Source of the DNA: Eledone cirrhosa | Lineage: Eukaryota | Length of the DNA: 64,000 nucleotides | Assembly (NCBI GenBank): GCA_964016885.1 | Contig: OZ024741.1 | Coordinates: forward strand, 400,954,001-401,018,000 | Direction of reading: 5' to 3' | Shown here: positions 38,601-53,406 of the stretch, in pieces | How positions within the stretch are numbered: the first letter of the stretch is position 1 | How the letters are laid out: every line of letters starts with the position of its first letter | Made by a program: the position numbers and the translations under genes | Notes under the pieces: model-generated | The model's input: only the letters and a program-made list of their open reading frames with translations | What the model was told of the DNA's origin: nothing | Databases searched by the model: none

Positions 38601-41600
38601 TGTTTGGGGAGGGTCATATTGTTATAATATTGCCAAAAATAGTAAAACATACTCACTGTTTGGGGAGAGTCATATTGTTATAATATTGCCAAATATAGTA
38701 AAACACACTCACTGTTTGGGGAGAGTCATGTTGCCCTAATATTGCCAAAATAGTAAAACACACTGACTGTTTGGGGAGTGTCATATTGTTATAATATTGC
38801 GAAAAATAGTGCAACACATTCACTGTTTGGGGAGGGTCATCTTGTTATAATATTGCCAAAAATAGTAAAACACACTGACTGTTTGGGGAGGGTCATATTG
38901 TTATAATATTGCCAAAAATAGTAAAACACACTCACTGTTTGTGGAGGGTAAATTGTTATAATATTGCCAAAAATAGTAAAACACACTCACTGTTTGGGGA
39001 GGGTCATATTGTTATAATATTGCAAAGAATAGTAAAACACACTCACTGTTTGCGGAGGGTCATGTTGCCCTAATATTGCCAAAAGTAGTAAAACACACTC
39101 ACTGTTTGGAGAGGGTCATGTTGTTATAATATTGCCAAAAATAGTAGAAAACACTCACTGTTTGCGGAGGGTCATGTTACCCTAATATTGCCAAAAATAG
39201 TAAAACACACTCATTGTTTGGGGAGGGTCATATTGTTATAATATTGCTAAGAATTGTAAAGCACACTCACTGTTTGGGGAGGGTCATATTGTTATAATAT
39301 TGCCAAAAATAGTAAAACACACTCACTGTTTGTGGAGGGTCATATTGTTATAATATTGCGAAAAATAGTAAAACACATTCACTGTTTGGGGACGGTCATC
39401 TTGTTATAATATTGCCAAAAATAGTTAAACACACTCACTGTTTGGGGAGGGTCATATTGTTATAATATTGTCAAAAATATTAAAACACACTCACTGTTTG
39501 GGGAGAGTCATATTGTTATAATATTGCGAAAAATAGTAAAACACACTCACTGTTTGGGGAGGGTCATATTGTTATAATATTGCCAAAAATTGTAAAACAC
39601 ACTCACTGTTTGGGGAGGGTCATATTGTTATAATATTGCAAAAAGTTGTAAAACACACTCACTGTTTGGGGAGGGTCATGTTGTCATAATATTGCCAAAA
39701 ATAGTAAAACACACTCACTGTTTGGGGAGAGTCATAGTGTTATAATATTGCGAAAAATAGTAAAACACACTCACTGTTTGGGGAGGGTCATATTGTTATA
39801 ATATTGCAAAAAATAGTAAAACACACACACTGTTTGGGGAGGGTCATATTGTTATAATATTGCCAAAAATAGTTAAACACACTCACTGTTTGGGGAGGGT
39901 CATATTGTTATAATATTGTCAAAAATATTAAAACACACTCACTGTTTGGGGAGAGTCATATTGTTATAATATTGCGAAAAATAGTAAAACACACTCACTG
40001 TTTGGGGAGGGTCATATTGTTATAATATTGCCAAAAATTGTAAAACACACTCACTGTTTGGGGAGGGTCATATTGTTATAATATTGCAAAAAGTTGTAAA
40101 ACACACTCACTGTTTGGGGAGGGTCATGTTGTCATAATATTGCCAAAAATAGTAAAACACACTCACTGTTTGGGGAGGGTCATATTGTTATAATATTGCA
40201 AAAAATAGTAAAACACACACACTGTTTGGGGAGGGTCATATTGTTATAATATTGCCAAAAATAGTAAAACACACTCACTGTTTGGGGAGGGTCATATTGT
40301 GATAATATTGCCAAAAATAGTAAAACACACTCACTGTTTGGGGAGCGTCATGTTGCCCTAATATTGTCAAAAATAGTAAAACACACTCACTGTTTGGGGA
40401 GAGTCATATTGTTATAATATTGCGAAAAATAGTAAAACACACTCACTGTTTGGGGAGGGTCATATTGTTATAATATTGCCAAATATAGTAAAACAGACTC
40501 ACCGTTTGGGGAGAGTCATATTGTTATAATATTGCGAAAAATTGTAAAACACATTCACTGTTTGGGGAGAGTCATGTTGCCCTAATATTGCCAAAATAGT
40601 AAAACACACTGACTGTTTGGGGAGTGTCATATTGTTATAATATTGCGAAAAATAGTGCAACACATTCACTGTTTGGGGAGGGTCATCTTGTTATAACATT
40701 GCCAAAAATAGTAAAACACACTGACTGTTTGGGGAGGGTCATATTGTTATAATATTGCCAAAAATAGTAAAACACACTCACTGTTTGTGGAGGGTAATAT
40801 TGTTATAATATTGCCAAAAATAGTAAAACACACTCACTGTTTGGGGAGGGTCATATTGTTATAATATTGCAAAGAATAGTAAAACACACTCACTGTTTGC
40901 GGAGGGTCATGTTGCCCTAATATTGCCAAAAGTAGTAAAACACACTCACTGTTTGGAGAGGGTCATGTTGTTATAATATTGCCAAAAATAGTAGAAAACA
41001 CTCACTGTTTGCGGAGGGTCATGTTACCCTAATATTGCCAAAAATAGTAAAACACACTCATTGTTTGGGGAGGGTCATATTGTTATAATATTGCCAAAAA
41101 TAGTAAAACACACTCACTGTTTGGGGAGAGTCATATTGTTATAATATTGCGAAAAATAGTAAAACACACTCACTGTTTGGGGAGGGTCATATTGTTATAA
41201 TATTGCAAAAAATAGTAAAACACACACACTGTTTGGGGAGGGTCATATTGTTATAATATTGCCAAAAATAGTAAAACACACTCACTGTTTGGGGAGGGTC
41301 ATATTGTGATAATATTGCCAAAAATAGTAAAACACACTCACTGTTTGGATAGAGTCATATTGTTATAATATTGCCAAAAATATTAAAACACACTCACTGT
41401 TTGGGTAGAGTCATATTGTTATAATATTGCCAAAAATATTAAAACACACTCACTGTTTGGGGAGGGTCATATTGTTATGATATTGCTAAAAATAATAAAA
41501 CACACTCACTGTTTGGGGAGGGACATATTGTTATAATATAGCCAAAAATAGTAAAACACACTCACTGTTTGGGGAGGGTCATGTTGCCCTAATATTGCCA

Positions 41601-44600
41601 AAAATAGTAAAACATACTCACTGTTTGGGGAGAGTCATATTGTTATAATATTGCGAAAAATAGTAAAACACACTCACTGTTTGGGGAGGGTCATATTGTT
41701 ATAATATTGCCAAAAATAGTAAAGCACACTCACTGTCTGGGTAGGGTAATATTCTTATAATATTGCCAAAAAGAGTGAAACACACTCACTGTTTGGGGAG
41801 GGTCATATTGTTATTATATTGCAAAAAATAATTAAACACACTCACTGTTTGGGGAGGGTCATATTGTTATAATATTGCCAAAAATAGTAAAACACATTCA
41901 CTGTTTGGGGAGGGTCATATTGTTATAATATTGCGAAAAATAGTAAAACACAGTCATTGATTGTGGAGGATCATGTCCTAATATTACCAAAAATAGGAAA
42001 AACTCACTCACTGTTTGGGTAGGGTCATATTGTTATAATATTGCCAAAAATAGTAAAACACTCTCACTGTTTGGGGAGGGTTATATTGTTATAATATTGC
42101 CAAAAATAGTAAAACACACTCACTGTTTGGGGAGCGTCATGTTGCCCTAATATTGTCAAAAATAGTAAAACACACTCACTGTTTGGGGAGAGTCATATTG
42201 TTATAATATTGCGAAAAATAGTAAAACACACTCACTGTTTGGGAAGGGTCATATTGTTATAATATTGCCAAATATAGTAAAACAGACTCACCGTTTGGGG
42301 AGAGTCATATTGTTATAATATTGCGAAAAATTGTAAAACACACTCACTGTTTGGGGAGAGTCATGTTGCCCTAATATTGCCAAAATAGTAAAACACACTG
42401 ACTGTTTGGGGAGTGTCATATTGTTATAATATTGCGAAAAATAGTGCAACACATTCACTGTTTGGGGAGGGTCATCTTGTTATAATATTGCCAAAAATAG
42501 TAAAACACACTGACTGTTTGGGGAGGGTCATATTGTTATAATATTGCCAAAAATAGTAAAACACACTCACTGTTTGTGGAGGGTAATATTGCCAAAAATA
42601 GTAAAACACACTCACTGTTTGGGGAGGGTCATATTGTTATAATATTGCAAAGAATAGTAAAACACACTCACTGTTTGCGGAGGGTCATGTTGCCCTAATA
42701 TTGCCAAAAGTAGTAAAACACACTCACTGTTTGGAGAGGGTCATGTTGTTATAATATTGCCAAAAATAGTAGAAAACACTCACTGTTTGCGGAGGGTCAT
42801 GTTACCCTAATATTGCCAAAAATAGTAAAACACACTCATTGTTTGGGGAGGGTCATATTGTTATAATATTGCTAAGAATTGTAAAGCACACTCACTGTTT
42901 GGGGAGGGTCATATTGTTATAATATTGCCAAAAATAGTAAAACACACTCACTGTTTGTGGAGGGTCATATTGTTATAATATTGCGAAAAATAGTAAAACA
43001 CATTCACTGTTTGGGGACGGTCATCTTGTTATAATATTGCCAAAAATAGTTAAACACACTCACTGTTTGGGGAGGGTCATATTGTTATAATATTGTCAAA
43101 AATATTAAAACACACTCACTGTTTGGGGAGAGTCATATTGTTATAATATTGCGAAAAATAGTAAAACACACTCACTGTTTGGGGAGGGTCATATTGTTAT
43201 AATATTGCCAAAAATTGTAAAACACACTCACTGTTTGGGGAGGGTCATATTGTTATAATATTGCAAAAAGTTGTAAAACACACTCACTGTTTGGGGAGGG
43301 TCATGTTGTCATAATATTGCCAAAAATAGTAAAACACACTCACTGTTTGGGGAGAGTCATATTGTTATAATATTGCGAAAAATAGTAAAACACACTCACT
43401 GTTTGGGGAGGGTCATATTGTTATAATATTGCAAAAAATAGTAAAACACACACACTGTTTGGGGAGGGTCATATTGTTATAATATTGCCAAAAATAGTTA
43501 AACACACTCACTGTTTGGGGAGGGTCATATTGTTATAATATTGTCAAAAATATTAAAACACACTCACTGTTTGGGGAGAGTCATATTGTTATAATATTGC
43601 GAAAAATAGTAAAACACACTCACTGTTTGGGGAGGGTCATATTGTTATAATATTGCCAAAAATTGTAAAACACACTCACTGTTTGGGGAGGGTCATATTG
43701 TTATAATATTGCAAAAAGTTGTAAAACACACTCACTGTTTGGGGAGGGTCATGTTGTCATAATATTGCCAAAAATAGTAAAACACACTCACTGTTTGGGG
43801 AGAGTCATATTGTTATAATATTGCGAAAAATAGTAAAACACACTCACTGTTTGGGGAGGGTCATATTGTTATAATATTGCAAAAAATAGTAAAACACACA
43901 CACTGTTTGGGGAGGGTCATATTGTTATAATATTGCCAAAAATAGTAAAACACACTCACTGTTTGGGGAGGGTCATATTGTGATAATATTGCCAAAAATA
44001 GTAAAACACACTCACTGTTTGGGGAGCGTCATGTTGCCCTAATATTGTCAAAAATAGTAAAACACACTCACTGTTTGGGGAGAGTCATATTGTTATAATA
44101 TTGCGAAAAATAGTAAAACACACTCACTGTTTGGGGAGGGTCATATTGTTATAATATTGCCAAATATAGTAAAACAGACTCACCGTTTGGGGAGAGTCAT
44201 ATTGTTATAATATTGCGAAAAATTGTAAAACACACTCACTGTTTGGGGAGAGTCATGTTGCCCTAATATTGCCAAAATAGTAAAACACACTGACTGTTTG
44301 GGGAGTGTCATATTGTTATAATATTGCGAAAAATAGTGCAACACATTCACTGTTTGGGGAGGGTCATCTTGTTATAATATTGCCAAAAATAGTAAAACAC
44401 ACTGACTGTTTGGGGAGGGTCATATTGTTATAATATTGCCAAAAATAGTAAAACACACTCACTGTTTGTGGAGGATAATATTGTTATAATATTGCCAAAA
44501 ATAGTAAAACACACTCACTGTTTGGGGAGGGTCATATTGTTATAATATTGCAAAGAATAGTAAAACACACTCACTGTTTGCGGAGGGTCATGTTGCCCTA

Positions 44601-47600
44601 ATATTGCCAAAAGTAGTAAAACACACTCACTGTTTGGAGAGGGTCATGTTGTTATAATATTGCCAAAAATAGTAGAAAACACTCACTGTTTGCGGAGGGT
44701 CATGTTACCCTAATATTGCCAAAAATAGTAAAACACACTCATTGTTTGGGGAGGGTCATATTGTTATAATATTGCTAAGAATTGTAAAGCACACTCACTG
44801 TTTGGGGAGGGTCATATTGTGATAATATTGCCAAAATTAGTAAAACACATTCCCTGTTTGGGGAGAGTCATATTGTTATAATATTGCGAAAAATAGTAAA
44901 ACACACTCACTGTTTGGGGAGGGTCATATTGTTATAATATTGCAAAAAATAGTAAAACACACACACTGTTTGGGGAGGGTCATATTGTTATAATATTGCC
45001 AAAAATAGTAAAACACACTCACTGTTTGGGGAGGGTCATATTGTGATAATATTGCCAAAAATAGTAAAACACACTCACTGTTTGGATAGAGTCATATTGT
45101 TATAATATTGCCAAAAATATTAAAACACACTCACTGTTTGGGTAGAGTCATATTGTTATAATATTGCCAAAAATATTAAAACACACTCACTGTTTGGGGA
45201 GGGTCATATTGTTATGATATTGCTAAAAATAATAAAACACACTCACTGTTTGGGGAGGGACATATTGTTATAATATAGCCAAAAATAGTAAAACACACTC
45301 ACTGTTTGGGGAGGGTCATGTTGCCCTAATATTGCCAAAAATAGTAAAACATACTCACTGTTTGGGGAGAGTCATATTGTTATAATATTGCGAAAAATAG
45401 TAAAACACACTCACTGTTTGGGGAGGGTCATATTGTTATAATATTGCCAAAAATAGTAAAGCACACTCACTGTCTGGGTAGGGTAATATTCTTATAATAT
45501 TGCCAAAAAGAGTGAAACACACTCACTGTTTGGGGAGGGTCATATTGTTATTATATTGCAAAAAATAATTAAACACACTCACTGTTTGGGGAGGGTCATA
45601 TTGTTATAATATTGCCAAAAATAGTAAAACACATTCACTGTTTGGGGAGGGTCATATTGTTATAATATTGCGAAAAATAGTAAAACACAGTCATTGATTG
45701 TGGAGGATCATGTCCTAATATTACCAAAAATAGGAAAAACTCACTCACTGTTTGGGTAGGGTCATATTGTTATAATATTGCCAAAAATAGTAAAACACTC
45801 TCACTGTTTGGGGAGGGTTATATTGTTATAATATTGCCAAAAATAGTAAAACACACTCACTGTTTGGGGAGCGTCATGTTGCCCTAATATTGTCAAAAAT
45901 AGTAAAACACACTCACTGTTTGGGGAGAGTCATATTGTTATAATATTGCGAAAAATAGTAAAACACACTCACTGTTTGGGGAGGGTCATATTGTTATAAT
46001 ATTGCCAAATATAGTAAAACAGACTCACCGTTTGGGGAGAGTCATATTGTTATAATATTGCGAAAAATTGTAAAACACACTTACTGTTTGGGGAGAGTCA
46101 TGTTGCCCTAATATTGCCAAAATAGTAAAACACACTGACTGTTTGGGGAGTGTCATATTGTTATAATATTGCGAAAAATAGTGCAACACATTCACTGTTT
46201 GGGGAGGGTCATCTTGTTATAATATTGCCAAAAATAGTAAAACACACTGACTGTTTGGGGAGGGTCATATTGTTATAATATTGCCAAAAATAGTAAAACA
46301 CACTCACTGTTTGTGGAGGGTAATATTGTTATAATATTGCCAAAAATAGTAAAACACACTCACTGTTTGGGGAGGGTCATATTGTTATAATATTGCAAAG
46401 AATAGTAAAACACACTCACTGTTTGCGGAGGGTCATGTTGCCCTAATATTGCCAAAAGTAGTAAAACACACTCACTGTTTGGAGAGGGTCATGTTGTTAT
46501 AATATTGCCAAAAATAGTAGAAAACACTCACTGTTTGCGGAGGGTCATGTTACCCTAATATTGCCAAAAATAGTAAAACACACTCATTGTTTGGGGAGGG
46601 TCATATTGTTATAATATTGCTAAGAATTGTAAAGCACACTCACTGTTTGGGGAGGGTCATATTGTTATAATATTGCCAAAAATAGTAAAACACACTCACT
46701 GTTTGTGGAGGGTCATATTGTTATAATATTGCGAAAAATAGTAAAACACATTCACTGTTTGGGGACGGTCATCTTGTTATAATATTGCCAAAAATAGTTA
46801 AACACACTCACTGTTTGGGGAGGGTCATATTGTTATAATATTGTCAAAAATATTAAAACACACTCACTGTTTGGGGAGAGTCATATTGTTATAATATTGC
46901 GAAAAATAGTAAAACACACTCACTGTTTGGGGAGGGTCATATTGTTATAATATTGCCAAAAATTGTAAAACACACTCACTGTTTGGGGAGGGTCATATTG
47001 TTATAATATTGCAAAAAGTTGTAAAACACACTCACTGTTTGGGGAGGGTCATGTTGTCATAATATTGCCAAAAATAGTAAAACACACTCACTGTTTGGGG
47101 AGAGTCATATTGTTATAATATTGCGAAAAATAGTAAAACACACTCACTGTTTGGGGAGGGTCATATTGTTATAATATTGCAAAAAATAGTAAAACACACA
47201 CACTGTTTGGGGAGGGTCATATTGTTATAATATTGCCAAAAATAGTAAAACACACTCACTGTTTGGGGAGGGTCATATTGTGATAATATTGCCAAAAATA
47301 GTAAAACACACTCACTGTTTGGATAGAGTCATATTGTTATAATATTGCCAAAAATATTAAAACACACTCACTGTTTGGGTAGAGTCATATTGTTATAATA
47401 TTGCCAAAAATATTAAAACACACTCACTGTTTGGGGAGGGTCATATTGTTATGATATTGCTAAAAATAATAAAACACACTCACTGTTTGGGGAGGGACAT
47501 ATTGTTATAATATAGCCAAAAATAGTAAAACACACTCACTGTTTGGGGAGGGTCATGTTGCCCTAATATTGCCAAAAATAGTAAAACACACTCACTGTTT

Positions 47601-48125
47601 GGGGAGGGTCATATTGTTATAATATTGCCAAAAATAGTAAAACACACTCACTGTTTGGGGAGGGTCATATTGTTATAATATTGCCAAAAATAGTAAAACA
47701 CACTCACTGTTTGGGGAGGGTCATATTGTTATAATATTGCCAAAAATAGTAAAGCACACTCACTGTTTGGGTAGGGTAATATTCTTATAATATTGCCAAA
47801 AAGAGTGAAACACACTCACTGTTTGGGGAGGGTCATATTGTTATTATATTGCAAAAAATAATTAAACACACTCACTGTTTGGGGAGGGTCATATTGTTAT
47901 AATATTGCCAAAAATAGTAAAACACATTCACTGTTTGGGGAGGGTCATATTGTTATAATATTGCGAAAAATAGTAAAACACAGTCATTGATTGTGGAGGA
48001 TCATGTCCTAATATTACCAAAAATAGGAAAAACTCACTCACTGTTTGGGTAGGGTCATATTGTTATAATATTGCCAAAAATAGTAAAACACACTCACTGT
48101 TTGGGGAGGGTTATATTGTTATAAT

Positions 48126-48311
48126 TGTTTCTACATTAGGCACAAGGCCAGCAATTACCCAGTGCATTACTGGTACTTTATTTTATCGACCCCGTAAGGA
48201 TGAAAGGCAAAGTCAACCTCGGCGGGATTTGAACTCAGATCGTAAAGGGACGTAACTATGCTGGAAAGCATGGCGTCCGACCCTCTACCGATACTGCCAA
48301 TCCACCACCGC
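48126..48311 (-). mobile_element. Full-length tRNA-derived SINE inserted in the satellite, 14-bp TSD
   Basis: Reverse complement of the 30460-type SINE; TATATTGTTATAAT at 48112-48125 and 48312-48325. Confidence 0.93.
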
Positions 48312-51300
48312 TATATTGTTATAATATTGCCAAAAATAGTAAAACACAGTCACTGTTTGGGGAGCGTCATGTTGCCCTAATATTGTCAAAAATAGTAAAA
48401 TACACTCACTGTTTGGGGAGAGTCATATTGTTATAATATTGCGAAAAATAGTAAAACACACTCACTGTTTGGGGAGGGTCATATTGTTATAATATTGCCA
48501 AATATAGTAAAACAGACTCACCGTTTGGGGAGAGTCATATTGTTATAATATTGCGAAAAATTGTAAAACACACTCACTGTTTGGGGAGAGTCATGTTGCC
48601 CTAATATTGACAAAAATAGTAAAACACACTGACTGTTTGGGGAGTGTCATATTGTTATAATATTGCGAAAAATAGTGCAACACATTCACTGTTTGGGGAG
48701 GGTCATCTTGTTATAATATTGCCAAAAATAGTAAAACACACTGACTGTTTGGGGAGGGTCATATTGTTATAATATTGCCAAAAATAGTAAAACACACTCA
48801 CTGTTTGGGGAGTGTCATATTGTTATAATATTGCGAAAAATAGTAAAACACATTCACTGTTTGGGGAGGGTCATATTGTTATAATATTGCAAAGAATAGT
48901 AAAACATAGTCACTGTTTGCGGAGGGTCATGTTGCCCTAATATTGCCAAAAGTAGTAAAACACACTCACGGTTTGGGGAGGGTCATATTGTTGTAATATT
49001 GCTAATATAGTAAAAGACACTCACTGTTTGGGGAGGGTCATATTGTTATAGTATTGCCAAAAGTAGTAAAACACACTCACTGTTTGGGGAGAGTCATATT
49101 GTTATAATATTGCCAAAAATTAACGAAAACACTCACTGTTTGCGGAGGGTCATGTTGCCCTAATATTGCCAAAAGTAATAAAACACACTCACTGTTTGCG
49201 GAGGGTCATGTTGCCCTAATATTGCCAAAACTAGTAAAACACACTCATTGTTTGGGGAGTGTCATATTGTTATAATATTGCCAAAAATATTAAAACACAC
49301 TCACTGTTTGGGTAGAGTCATATTGTTATAATATTGCCAAAAATATTAAAACACACTCACTGTTTGGGGAGGGTAATATTGTTATAATATTGCCAAAAAT
49401 AGTAAAACACACTCACTGTTTGGGGAGGGTCATATTGTTATAATATTGCCAAAAATAGTAAAACACACTCACTGTTTGGGTAGAGTCATATTGTTATAAT
49501 ATTGCCAAAAATATTAAAACACACTCACTGTTTGGGTAGAGTCATATTGTTATAATATTGCCAAAAATATTAAAACACACTCACTGTTTGGGGAGGGTCA
49601 TATTGTTATAATATTGCCAAAAATAGTAAAACACACTCACTGTTTGGGGAGGGTCATATTGTTATAATATTGCCAAAAATAGTAAAACACACTCACTGTT
49701 TGGGGAGGGTCATGTTGCCCTAATATTGCCAAAAATAGTAAAACAGACTCACTGTTTGGGGAGAGTCATATTGTTATAGTATTGCGAAAAATAGTAAAAC
49801 ACACTCACTGTTTGGGGAGCGTCATGTTGCCCTAATATTGCCAAAAATAGTAAAACACATTCACTGTTTGGGGAGAGTCATATTGTTATAATATTGCCAA
49901 ATATAGTAAAACACACTCACTGTTTGGGCAGGGTCATATTGTTATAATATTGCCAAAAATAGTAAAGCACACTCACTGTCTGGGTAGGGTAATATTCTTA
50001 TAATATTGCCAAAAAGAGTGAAACACACTCACTGTTTGGGGAGGGTCATATTGTTATTATATTGCAAAAAATAGTTAAACACACTCACTGTTTGGGGAGG
50101 GTCATATTGTTATAATATTGCCAAAACTAGTAAAACACACTCACTGTTTGGGGAGAGTCATATTGTTATAATATTGCGAAAAATAGTAAAACACACTCAC
50201 TGTTTGGGGAGAGTCATGTTGCCCTAATATTGCCAAAAATAGTAAAACACACTCACTGTTTGGGGAGGGTCATATTGTTATAATATTGCCAAATATAGTA
50301 AAACACACTCACTGTTTGGGGAGAGTCATATTGTTATAATATTTCGAAAAATTGTAAAACACACTCACTGTTTTGGGAGAGTCATGTTGTCCTAATATTG
50401 CCAAAAATAGTAAAACACATTCCCTGTTTGGGGAGGGTCATCTTGTTATAATATTGCCAAAAATAGTAAAACACACTGACTGTTTGGGGAGGGTCATATT
50501 GTTATAATATTGCAAAAATAGTAAATCACACTCATTGTTTGGGGAGGGTCATATTGTTATAATATTGCCAAAAATAGTAAAACACACTCACTGTTTGGGG
50601 AGGGTCATATTGTTATAATATTGCAAAGAATAGTAAAACATAGTCACTGTTTGCGGAGGGTCATGTTGCCCTAATATTGCCAAAAGTAGTAAAACACACT
50701 CACGGTTTGGGGAGGGTCATATTGTTGTAATATTGCTAATATAGTAAAAGACACTCACTGTTTGGGGAGGGTCATATTGTTATAGTATTGCCAAAAGTAG
50801 TAAAACACGCTCACTGTTTGGGGAGAGTCATATTGTTATAATATTGCCAAAAATTAACGAAAACACTCACTGGTTGCGGAGGGTCATGTTGCCCTAATAT
50901 TGCCAAAAGTAATAAAACACACTCACTGTTTGCGGAGGGTCATGTTGCCCTAATATTGCCAAAACTATTAAAACACACTCATTGTTTGGGGAGTGTCATA
51001 TTGTTATAATATTGCCAAAAATATTAAAACACACTCACTGTTTGGGTAGAGTCATATTGTTATAATATTGCCAAAAATATTAAAACACACTCACTGTTTG
51101 GGGAGGGTAATATTGTTATAATATTGCCAAAAATAGTAAAACACACTCACTGTTTGGGGAGGGTCATATTGTTATAATATTGCCAAAAATAGTAAAACAC
51201 ACTCACTGTTTGGGTAGAGTCATATTGTTATAATATTGCCAAAAATATTAAAACACACTCACTGTTTGGGTAGAGTCATATTGTTATAATATTGCCAAAA

Positions 51301-53406
51301 ATATTAAAACACACTCACTGTTTGGGGAGGGTCATATTGTTATAATATTGCCAAAAATAGTAAAACACACTCACTGTTTGGGGAGGGTCATATTGTTATA
51401 ATATTGCCAAAAATAGTAAAACACACTCACTGTTTGGGGAGGGTCATGTTGCCCTAATATTGCCAAAAATAGTAAAACAGACTCACTGTTTGGGGAGAGT
51501 CATATTGTTATAGTATTGCGAAAAATAGTAAAACACACTCACTGTTTGGGGAGCGTCATGTTGCCCTAATATTGCCAAAAATAGTAAAGCACACTCACTG
51601 TCTGGGTAGGGTAATATTCTTATAATATTGCCAAAAAGAGTGAAACACACTCACTGTTTGGGGAGGGTCATATTGTTATTATATTGCAAAAAATAGTAAA
51701 ACACACTCACTGTTTGGGTAGAGTCATATTGTTATAATATTGCCAAAAAGAGTGAAACACACTCACTGTTTGGGGAGGGTCATATTGTTATTATATTGCA
51801 AAAAATAGTTAAACACACTCACTGTTTGGGGAGGGTCATATTGTTGTAATATTGCTAATATAGTAAAAGACACTCACTGTTTGGGGAGGGTCATATTGTT
51901 ATAGTATTGCCAAAAGTAGTAAAACACGCTCACTGTTTGGGGAGAGTCATATTGTTATAATATTGCCAAAAATTAACGAAAACACTCACTGGTTGCGGAG
52001 GGTCATGTTGCCCTAATATTGCCAAAAGTAATAAAACACACTCACTGTTTGCGGAGGCTCAGGTTGCCCTAATATTGCCAAAACTATTAAAACACACTCA
52101 TTGTTTGGGGAGTGTCATATTGTTATAATATTGCCAAAAATATTAAAACACACTCACTGTTTGGGTAGAGTCATATTGTTATAATATTGCCAAAAATATT
52201 AAAACACACTCACTGTTTGGGGAGGGTAATATTGTTATAATATTGCCAAAAATAGTAAAACACACTCACTGTTTGGGGACGGTCATATTGTTATAATATT
52301 GCCAAAAATAGTAAAACACACTCACTGTTTGGGTAGTGTCATATTGTTATAATATTGCCAAAAATATTAAAACACACTCACTGTTTGGGTAGAGTCATAT
52401 TGTTATAATATTGCCAAAAATATTAAAACACACTCACTGTTTGGGGAGGGTCATATTGTTATAATATTGCCAAAAATAGTAAAACACACTCACTGTTTGG
52501 GGAGGGTCATATTGTTATAATATTGCCAAAAATAGTAAAACACACTCACTGTTTGGGGAGGGTCATGTTGCCCTAATATTGCCAAAAATAGTAAAACAGA
52601 CTCACTGTTTGGGGAGAGTCATATTGTTATAGTATTGCGAAAAATAGTAAAACACACTCACTGTTTGGGGAGCGTCATGTTGCCCTAATATTGCCAAAAA
52701 TAGTAAAGCACACTCACTGTCTGGGTAGGGTAATATTCTTATAATATTGCCAAAAAGAGTGAAACACACTCACTGTTTGGGGAGGGTCATATTGTTATTA
52801 TATTGCAAAAAATAGTTAAACACACTCACTGTTTGGGGAGGGTCATATTGTTATAATATTGCCAAAAATAGTAAAACACACTCACTGTTTGGGGAGGGTC
52901 ATATTGTTATAATATTGCCAAAAATAGTAAAACACACTCACTGTTTGGGGAGGGTCATGTTGCCCTAATATTGCCAAAAATAGTAAAACAGACTCACTGT
53001 TTGGGGAGAGTCATATTGTTATAGTATTGCGAAAAATAGTAAAACACACTCACTGTTTGGGGAGCGTCATGTTGCCCTAATATTGCCAAAAATAGTAAAG
53101 CACACTCACTGTCTGGGTAGGGTAATATTCTTATAATATTGCCAAAAAGAGTGAAACACACTCACTGTTTGGGGAGGGTCATATTGTTATTATATTGCAA
53201 AAAATAGTAAAACACACTCACTGTTTGGGTAGAGTCATATTGTTATAATATTGCCAAAAAGAGTGAAACACACTCACTGTTTGGGGAGGGTCATATTGTT
53301 ATTATATTGCAAAAAATAGTTAAACACACTCACTGTTTGGGGAGGGTCATATTGTTATAATATTGCCAAAACTAGTAAAACACACTCACTGTTTGGGGAG
53401 AGTCAT

